Part shown: positions 25,802 to 32,000 of the stretch, one piece after another
How positions within the stretch are numbered: the first letter of the stretch is position 1
Layout of the letters: the number at the start of each line of letters is the position of its first letter
NCBI RefSeq assembly: GCF_000621645.1
Contig: NZ_JHXR01000022.1
Coordinates: forward strand, 30,957 to 62,956
Source: Vibrio cholerae ATCC 14035
GTDB lineage: Bacteria > Pseudomonadota > Gammaproteobacteria > Enterobacterales > Vibrionaceae
Reading direction: 5' to 3'
Length of the DNA stretch: 32,000 nucleotides
Position numbers and translations under genes: made by a program
Notes under the pieces: model-generated
What the model was told of the DNA's origin: nothing
Seen by the model: the letters and a program-made list of their open reading frames with translations, nothing else
The model's database searches: none

Positions 25802-27397
25802 CTAATTTTTGCTCTCAGTGGATGGTTTGGCAGATGGCTCGGCGCTCGATTCACTGTTTTCGAGTGACTCTGATTCGAGTGCTTCCGCTTCTTCATCCAA
25901 GATTTCACGGTTTGCTTCTTCATTGAAAAATTCTTCATCAAGCGCAATCACGGTGAGATCTTCAATACTTTCATCGCCTGTCGCCAATTGACGCTGCTCA
26001 AGATGGCCGATGATGCTTTGATAGTAACGGCGAATATTTTCCACATAATTACGTGCTTCGTCGCCACGCGCATAGCCATAGCGGGTCTGGGTGAAATATT
26101 TTTTCTGCTGTAGCTGTGGTAGGCGATCTTTGACATCCGCCCATGAGTCAGGATCTGCGCCTTGGCTTTTGGTTAAGCGTCGCGCATCCATCATATGCCC
26201 GTAGCCAATGTTGTAAGAGGCTAAGGCAAACCAAATTTTTTCATGTTCGGAAATCGAGTCAGGGACACGCTCCATCATACGTCGCAAGTATTCCACCCCA
26301 CCACGAATCGACTGTTCTGGATCGAGGCGATCGCTTACCCCTACACTGCGCGCGGTTGGTAGTGTCAACATCATCAAACCACGGACACCCGTGGGCGATT
26401 TGGCATACGGATTCCAGTGCGACTCCTGATACGCAAGTGCGGCGACTAAACGCCAATCAAACTCTGCCGAGTACTTTTGAAAGAGAGGCGTCCATCGAGG
26501 TAATCGTGTATCCAGCGCGCGAATAAAGGCGCGGGTATCGACATAATCAAAGGCACCAATATGGCCGATGTATTTTTCTTCCAAAGACGCCAAATAGCCC
26601 GATTGCTTGAGATTGCCAAAGAATTCAATCATTAAGGCATACAGACTTTCATCGTCGGAACGGCGGATAAACCATGAGATCGGCTGATCTTCGGTTAATT
26701 CAAATGCCGCCGCCAGTTCAGGATAGATGCGTTGAGAAAGCGACACCTCAACAGAGTCGGCCATCGTAAACAGTAACTCTCCTTGTGAGACTTTTTTCAG
26801 TAAGTCATTCACATCGGAATTGCTGTCGACATGAAATTGAAAATCGGGGTATTTCTGCTGTTTGGCTAGCAAGGTGTGCTCAAAATGGGAGTCATCCACC
26901 ACGCTGAAAAAGGCGAGCTCAGGATTGTCCTTTAATAAGGTTTGCTGGCGTTCGACCAACTGTTTGAAGCTGCGTGGTCGCCAGTCACCTTTTTTATAGA
27001 CCACTTGCTGCGAAACGTAATAATAAGCAGGACCTGCGCGAAAATCTTTGAGTCGCTCTTCGGATTGGCTTAAGCCTGCGGCAATGATGTCCACTTCACC
27101 GTTTTTTAAGGCAGGAAACAGGCTAGATAGGCGGTATGCTGGCTTCATTTCCAGCTTTACGCCAAGCTCTTTGGCAAATTCGCGGGCTAACTCGTAATCC
27201 AATCCCGTTGGGCCATCAGGGCCGATGTAGTAGGAGAGGGGATTGTTGAGCGTACCAACGCGTAAAACACCACGTTCACGAATTTTTTCTAGCTCGCTTT
27301 TGGGCTCGGAATCGATTTGGCAACCGACTAAGAGCAGGCTTAATAAGCCTAGCCAGAGTGCGCGAATGGGGAGTTTATAGGCAAAAGGAGTCATCAA
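25802..27397 (-). CDS. mltF: Membrane-bound lytic murein transglycosylase F (MltF)
   Basis: 531-aa ORF. Signal/lipobox-like LLLVGC. N-terminal periplasmic solute-binding-like domain (GVLRVGTLNNP.SYY). C-terminal SLT domain (AALAYQESHWNP...GLMMLT). Acidic Ser/Glu-rich C-terminal tail. Confidence 0.93.
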   Translation of the reverse strand: MMTPFAYKLPIRALWLGLLSLLLVGCQIDSEPKSELEKIRERGVLRVGTLNNPLSYYIGPDGPTGLDYELAREFAKELGVKLEMKPAYRLSSLFPALKNGEVDIIAAGLSQSEERLKDFRAGPAYYYVSQQVVYKKGDWRPRSFKQLVERQQTLLKDNPELAFFSVVDDSHFEHTLLAKQQKYPDFQFHVDSNSDVNDLLKKVSQGELLFTMADSVEVSLSQRIYPELAAAFELTEDQPISWFIRRSDDESLYALMIEFFGNLKQSGYLASLEEKYIGHIGAFDYVDTRAFIRALDTRLPRWTPLFQKYSAEFDWRLVAALAYQESHWNPYAKSPTGVRGLMMLTLPTARSVGVSDRLDPEQSIRGGVEYLRRMMERVPDSISEHEKIWFALASYNIGYGHMMDARRLTKSQGADPDSWADVKDRLPQLQQKKYFTQTRYGYARGDEARNYVENIRRYYQSIIGHLEQRQLATGDESIEDLTVIALDEEFFNEEANREILDEEAEALESESLENSESSAEPSAKPSTESKN

Positions 27398-27533
27398 TTT
27401 GGGTTTTCTCTCATCAAGACAGATGCCTTTATATCAAAGGCGCTGGTTTTGGCAAAGTCCTCACTGAGTAAGCTGTCATTTTGCTCGAAGATTTGTGCAA
27501 ATGGGTCGTAACTCAAAATTAACGAAAAAAATG

Positions 27534-27549
27534 ACGCAAACGGTTGCTT
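27534..27549. promoter_or_regulatory. PurR operator (pur box) upstream of purL
   Basis: ACGCAAACGGTTGCTT versus consensus ACGCAAACGTTTGCGT (14/16). Confidence 0.7.
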
Positions 27550-27555
27550 TTGGTG

Positions 27556-27584
27556 TTACGTCACAAAAAGAATTCCTCTATAAT
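27556..27584 (+). promoter_or_regulatory. Probable sigma70 promoter of purL
   Basis: TTACGT (27556-27561), 17-nt spacer, TATAAT (27579-27584), adjacent to the pur box. Confidence 0.5.
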
Positions 27585-27703
27585 GCGCAGCCATCAGTAG
27601 AGGTGAAATCGGCATACATTCAACAAATAGAGTTTAATGTGCTGTATTCGAAAGAGTTTATGCCAATTACACCTCAATCAATTGGACATAGAGACCTAAG
27701 CAC

Positions 27704-30700
27704 ATGAGAATTTTGCGTGGCTCCCCAGCTCTTTCAGAGTTTCGTGTTAACAAGCTCCTGACCGCGTGTCGTGAACAGCAACTGCCTGTAACCGGTATTT
27801 ACGCCGAGTTTATGCACTTTGCCGATCTCAAGGCAGAGCTCAATCCGCAAGAGTTGGAAAAGCTCGAAAAACTGCTCACTTATGGTCCAACCATTCAAGA
27901 GCATGAACCGCAAGGTTTACTGCTGTTGGTGACGCCGCGCCCCGGAACCATCTCACCTTGGTCCTCAAAAGCCACCGATATTGCACACAACTGTGGCCTG
28001 CATGGCATCAAGCGCCTTGAGCGCGGTACGGCTTATTATGTTGAAGCAGAAACGGCGCTGACCGCAGCACAAATCGCAACACTTGAGGCGCTGCTGCATG
28101 ATCGAATGATGGAAGTCGTGTTCGCAGAACTCACCGATGCCCAGCAACTGTTCAGCGTAGCAGAGCCTGCGCCTATGAGTCAGGTCGATGTATTAGCGGG
28201 CGGTCGTCGTGCGCTTGAAGAGGCAAACGTTTCCCTTGGTCTGGCATTGGCTGAAGATGAAATTGATTATCTGGTTGAGAGCTTCACTAAACTGGGTCGT
28301 AATCCTAACGACATTGAACTGATGATGTTTGCACAGGCGAACTCAGAGCACTGCCGCCACAAGATTTTCAACGCCGATTGGACCATTGATGGAGTTAAGC
28401 AAGACAAGTCACTGTTCAAAATGATCAAAAACACCTTTGAACAGACGCCGGATTATGTGCTTTCGGCTTATAAAGATAATGCCGCAGTAATGACGGGCTC
28501 GACCGTTGGCCGTTTCTTCCCCGACCCCGAGAGCCGTCAGTACACTTATCACCATGAAGATGCCCACATTCTGATGAAAGTGGAAACGCATAACCACCCA
28601 ACGGCGATTTCGCCTTGGCCGGGGGCTTCGACTGGTTCTGGCGGTGAAATTCGTGATGAGGGCGCAACCGGTATTGGCGGCAAGCCTAAAGCGGGATTGG
28701 TGGGCTTTACCACCTCGAACTTGCGTATTCCCGGTTTTGAACAGCCATGGGAAAGCGATTTTGGTAAGCCAAGCCGCATTGTGAATGCGCTGGATATCAT
28801 GCTGGAAGGGCCACTCGGCGGCGCGGCGTTCAACAACGAATTTGGTCGCCCGAACCTACTTGGGTATTTCCGCACTTATGAAGAAAAAGTGACGTCACAT
28901 GCTGGTGAAGAGGTGCGTGGTTATCACAAGCCGATCATGATTGCCGGCGGTATGGGTAACATTCGCGCCGAGCATATTCAGAAGAAAGAGATCCCAGTGG
29001 GGGCAAAACTGATCGTACTCGGAGGCCCTGCGATGAACATCGGTCTCGGTGGTGGCGCAGCCTCTTCGATGGCTTCTGGCCAGTCTGCTGAAGATCTGGA
29101 TTTTGCTTCTGTGCAGCGTGAAAACCCAGAGATGGAGCGCCGCTGTCAGGAAGTGATTGACCGTTGTTGGCAGCTCGGTGACAAAAACCCGATCGCCTTT
29201 ATCCACGATGTGGGCGCGGGTGGTATCTCTAACGCTCTGCCTGAGCTGGTGAATGACGGCGATCGCGGTGGTAAATTCCAGTTGCGCAACGTGCCGAATG
29301 ATGAGCCGGGCATGAGCCCATTGGAAATCTGGTGTAATGAATCACAAGAGCGTTATGTGCTGGCGGTTGCTGCGGAAGATATGCCGCTGTTTGATGCGAT
29401 TTGCCAGCGTGAACGCGCCCCTTATGCCGTGGTAGGTGAAGCGACCGAAGAGCGCCATTTGACGCTGGAAGACAGCCACTTTGCTAACACGCCGATTGAT
29501 ATGCCAATGGATATTCTGTTGGGTAAGCCGCCGAAAATGCATCGTGAAGCGAGCACGCTGAAAGTTTCAAGCCCAGCGCTAGAGCGTTCAGGCATTGAGC
29601 TTAATGAAGCGGTGGATCGCGTACTGCGTTTACCGGCAGTCGCAGAAAAAACGTTCCTGATCACCATTGGTGACCGCTCAGTGACTGGCTTAGTCGCGCG
29701 GGATCAAATGGTCGGCCCATGGCAAGTTCCCGTCGCAAACTGCGCAGTAACGGCCGCGAGTTTTGATTCTTACCACGGCGAAGCGATGTCTATGGGTGAG
29801 CGTACCCCTGTTGCGCTGTTGGATTTCGGTGCCTCTGCACGTTTAGCGGTCGGTGAAGCTATTACCAACATAGCCGCAACCGATATTGGCGAGCTGAAAC
29901 GCATCAAACTTTCGGCGAACTGGATGTCTCCAGCGGGCCATCCGGGTGAAGATGCCGGTCTGTATGAAGCGGTGAAAGCGGTCGGTGAAGAGCTTTGTCC
30001 TGCACTGGGTATCACTATCCCAGTCGGTAAAGACTCGATGTCGATGAAAACCAAGTGGCAGGAAAATGGCGAGCAGAAAGAAGTGACTTCGCCGCTGTCA
30101 CTCATCATCACCGCCTTTGCACGTGTGGAAGACATTCGCAAGACCGTGACCCCACAACTGCGTACTGACCTTGGTGAGACAAGCTTAATCTTGATTGACT
30201 TGGGGAATGGTCAAAATCGTCTTGGCGCAACCGCATTGGCGCAAGTGTACAAACAGTTGGGTGATAAGCCGGCTGATGTGGATAACGCGGCGCAGCTCAA
30301 AGGCTTTTTTGATGCAGTACAAACGCTGGTGCGTAACGACAAGCTGGTGGCTTACCACGACAAAGGTGACGGCGGTTTATTGGTGACGTTGGCAGAAATG
30401 GCTTTCGCGGGTCACTGTGGTATTAAAGCCAATATTGAAACCTTGGGTGATGATGCACTGGCGGCACTGTTCAATGAAGAGCTTGGCGCCGTGGTTCAAG
30501 TGAAAAATGATGAGCTGAATGCTGTTCTGGCAACACTTGCCGCCCATGGTTTAGAAGCGTGTGCTCACGTGATTGGTGAAGTAGAAGCATCCGATCGTCT
30601 GCTGATCACTTGTGGTGAGGAAGTCTTGATTGAGCGCTCTCGTACTGAGCTTCGCACCATCTGGGCGGAAATGACCCATAAGATGCAAGCGCTGCGTGAT

Positions 30701-31597
30701 AACTCGGCGTGTGCTGATCAAGAGTTTGCGGCCAAACAAGATAACCGTGACCCGGGCTTGAATGCGAAGTTAACTTACGATGTGCAAGCCGACGTTGCTG
30801 CGCCGTACATCGCCAAAGGTGTGCGTCCGAAAATGGCGATTTTGCGTGAGCAAGGCGTCAACTCACACGTTGAGATGGCGGCAGCGTTTGACCGCGCTGG
30901 TTTTGATGCGGTTGATGTGCATATGAGCGACATTCTGACTGGGCAAACCGTGCTCGATGCTTACCAAGGTCTGGTGGCTTGTGGTGGCTTCTCTTACGGC
31001 GACGTATTGGGTGCGGGCGAAGGTTGGGCGAAATCGATTCTGTTTAACGCCCAAGCGCGTGAGCAGTTTGAGCAGTTCTTCCAACGTAAAGATACTTTCT
31101 CACTTGGGGTGTGTAACGGCTGTCAAATGCTGTCTAACCTGCGTGATTTGATCCCGGGTGCTGAGCTATGGCCACGTTTTGTGCGTAACGAATCGGATCG
31201 TTTTGAAGCGCGCTTTAGCTTAGTCGAAGTGCAAAAATCGCCATCGCTGTTCTTTAGCGAGATGGCGGGCTCAAGAATGCCGATTGCGGTTTCTCATGGT
31301 GAAGGTCGTGTGGAAGTGCGTGATGCTCAGCATCTGGCGGCAATTGAGCAATCTGGCACCGTAGCGATTCGTTTCGTGGATAACTTTGGTCAGCCAACCC
31401 AAGCTTACCCAAGCAACCCGAACGGTTCACCGAATGCGATTACCGGTTTAACCACTCAAGATGGCCGTGTGACGATTATGATGCCGCACCCTGAGCGTGT
31501 ATTCCGTACCGTCGCCAACTCGTGGCACCCTGATAACTGGGGTGAGAATGGCGCTTGGATGCGTATGTTCCAGAATGCTCGTAAATATTTTGGCTAA
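27704..31597 (+). CDS. purL: Phosphoribosylformylglycinamidine synthase (large single-chain PurL)
   Basis: 1297-aa ORF collinear with E. coli PurL. It has the FGAM synthase domains and a C-terminal glutaminase domain (GVCNGCQM catalytic Cys, MMPHPER). Confidence 0.98.
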   Translation: MRILRGSPALSEFRVNKLLTACREQQLPVTGIYAEFMHFADLKAELNPQELEKLEKLLTYGPTIQEHEPQGLLLLVTPRPGTISPWSSKATDIAHNCGLHGIKRLERGTAYYVEAETALTAAQIATLEALLHDRMMEVVFAELTDAQQLFSVAEPAPMSQVDVLAGGRRALEEANVSLGLALAEDEIDYLVESFTKLGRNPNDIELMMFAQANSEHCRHKIFNADWTIDGVKQDKSLFKMIKNTFEQTPDYVLSAYKDNAAVMTGSTVGRFFPDPESRQYTYHHEDAHILMKVETHNHPTAISPWPGASTGSGGEIRDEGATGIGGKPKAGLVGFTTSNLRIPGFEQPWESDFGKPSRIVNALDIMLEGPLGGAAFNNEFGRPNLLGYFRTYEEKVTSHAGEEVRGYHKPIMIAGGMGNIRAEHIQKKEIPVGAKLIVLGGPAMNIGLGGGAASSMASGQSAEDLDFASVQRENPEMERRCQEVIDRCWQLGDKNPIAFIHDVGAGGISNALPELVNDGDRGGKFQLRNVPNDEPGMSPLEIWCNESQERYVLAVAAEDMPLFDAICQRERAPYAVVGEATEERHLTLEDSHFANTPIDMPMDILLGKPPKMHREASTLKVSSPALERSGIELNEAVDRVLRLPAVAEKTFLITIGDRSVTGLVARDQMVGPWQVPVANCAVTAASFDSYHGEAMSMGERTPVALLDFGASARLAVGEAITNIAATDIGELKRIKLSANWMSPAGHPGEDAGLYEAVKAVGEELCPALGITIPVGKDSMSMKTKWQENGEQKEVTSPLSLIITAFARVEDIRKTVTPQLRTDLGETSLILIDLGNGQNRLGATALAQVYKQLGDKPADVDNAAQLKGFFDAVQTLVRNDKLVAYHDKGDGGLLVTLAEMAFAGHCGIKANIETLGDDALAALFNEELGAVVQVKNDELNAVLATLAAHGLEACAHVIGEVEASDRLLITCGEEVLIERSRTELRTIWAEMTHKMQALRDNSACADQEFAAKQDNRDPGLNAKLTYDVQADVAAPYIAKGVRPKMAILREQGVNSHVEMAAAFDRAGFDAVDVHMSDILTGQTVLDAYQGLVACGGFSYGDVLGAGEGWAKSILFNAQAREQFEQFFQRKDTFSLGVCNGCQMLSNLRDLIPGAELWPRFVRNESDRFEARFSLVEVQKSPSLFFSEMAGSRMPIAVSHGEGRVEVRDAQHLAAIEQSGTVAIRFVDNFGQPTQAYPSNPNGSPNAITGLTTQDGRVTIMMPHPERVFRTVANSWHPDNWGENGAWMRMFQNARKYFG

Positions 31598-31620
31598 TTG
31601 ATTTAAGCTTAAGCACAACA

Positions 31621-31650
31621 AAAAGCGCAGAGAACTTCTGCGCTTTTTTC
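31621..31650 (+). terminator. purL rho-independent terminator
   Basis: AAAAGCGCAGA-GAAC-TTCTGCGCTTTT followed by TTC. Confidence 0.85.
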
Positions 31651-31654
31651 GTTG

Positions 31655-32000
31655 TCATCCCTAAACCACCGCTTTTAGCGGTGGTGATTGTCCCTAGGGG
31701 CTTTTGCCCGAAAATGCGCCCATGTTAGAAGACAAACTCTTATTCACCATAAGTAAGAGGATTCAAATAACATGGGCGACTACAGAAGTTCATCACACGT
31801 CTATTGGCGTTGCAAATATCATATCGTTTGGACACCAAAATTTCGTTTTAAGATCTTAAAAGGTAATGTAGCCAAAGAGCTAAATCGTTCGATCTACATT
31901 CTTTGTAATATGAAAGATTGTGAAGTTTTGGAACTCAATGTTCAGCCAGATCATGTCCACTTAGTTGCGATAATTCCGCCCAAAGTATCGATTTCGACGT
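31655..32000 (+). mobile_element. Left part of an IS200/IS605-family element (IS1004-like), truncated by the window end
   Basis: Subterminal hairpin ACCACCGC-TTTTA-GCGGTGGT (31665-31685) and palindrome CCCTAGGG (31692-31699) precede a Y1 (HUH) transposase gene. The left boundary is approximate; this family has no inverted repeats. Confidence 0.75.
31772..32000 (+). CDS. tnpA: IS200-family Y1/HUH transposase TnpA, N-terminal 76 codons (partial)
   Basis: Absent from the ORF track because there is no stop in the window. Translation is MGDYRSSSHVYWRCKYHIVWTPKFRFKILKGNVAKELNRSIYILCNMKDCEVLELNVQPDHVHLVAIIPPKVSIST, with the HxH (HVH) HUH motif and YHIVW.PK.R signature of IS200 TnpA. Confidence 0.9.
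   Translation, partial: MGDYRSSSHVYWRCKYHIVWTPKFRFKILKGNVAKELNRSIYILCNMKDCEVLELNVQPDHVHLVAIIPPKVSIST

Noticed and set aside
25726-25947. 73-aa minus-strand ORF overlapping the mltF 3' end
   Set aside because: It is out of frame within and after mltF, and its tail crosses the spacer containing hairpins. No RBS.
27495-27707. 70-aa ORF upstream of purL
   Set aside because: It spans the pur box, the promoter and the purL leader. It has no Shine-Dalgarno and low-complexity content, so it is more likely non-coding.
1-32000. Search for CRISPR arrays, integron attC (VCR) repeats, rRNA/tRNA genes, or recognisable defence-system genes
   Set aside because: I saw no regularly spaced direct repeats, no cloverleaf-type tRNA apart from the tRNA-like ends of tmRNA, and no nuclease, helicase or methylase-type ORFs outside the assigned genes.

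Overview
This window reads as Vibrio cholerae-type chromosome I DNA crossing from an AT-rich acquired island into conserved core genome. The organism call is an inference from gene content and synteny. Positions 1 to about 10146 look like the right-hand end of pathogenicity island VPI-1. In order, this part holds an RDD-family membrane protein, tagE (M23 peptidase) and acfA (small outer-membrane barrel). Next comes acfD, an AcfD/SslE-type M60 zinc-metalloprotease lipoprotein split by a frameshift; it would be 1520 aa if one A is removed from an A5 run. An AT-rich spacer follows with a probable ToxT-type small RNA (TarB-like). Then come a decayed second P4-type integrase, an IS5-family transposase fragment, and an intact P4-type integrase abutting the 3' end of ssrA (tmRNA, tag ANDENYALAA). 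From 10147 onward the composition and synteny are core-like: ssrA, smpB, ratA-like, rnfH, bamE, recN, nadK, grpE, dnaK and dnaJ. These are followed by a five-gene type IV minor-pilin cluster (pilE-like divergent from fimT-, pilW-, pilX- and pilV-like genes), an AbgT-family transporter, tadA, mltF and purL. The window ends with the 5' part of an IS200-family (IS1004-like) element. Regulatory signals readable by eye are two LexA boxes upstream of recN, sigma32 promoters upstream of grpE (one) and dnaK (two), a PurR box upstream of purL, toxbox-like T-tracts, and many rho-independent terminators. I see no rRNA, tRNA or CRISPR array and no convincing wholly new multi-gene system. The least explained places are the acfD frameshift, the acfD-to-int spacer (sRNA, integrase relic, IS fragment), the repeats between int and ssrA, and a possible pilV frameshift. 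Others are the oversized PilX-like protein, the ambiguous 22.8-23.2 kb spacer, and an unlisted 43-aa highly basic ORF between tadA and mltF.
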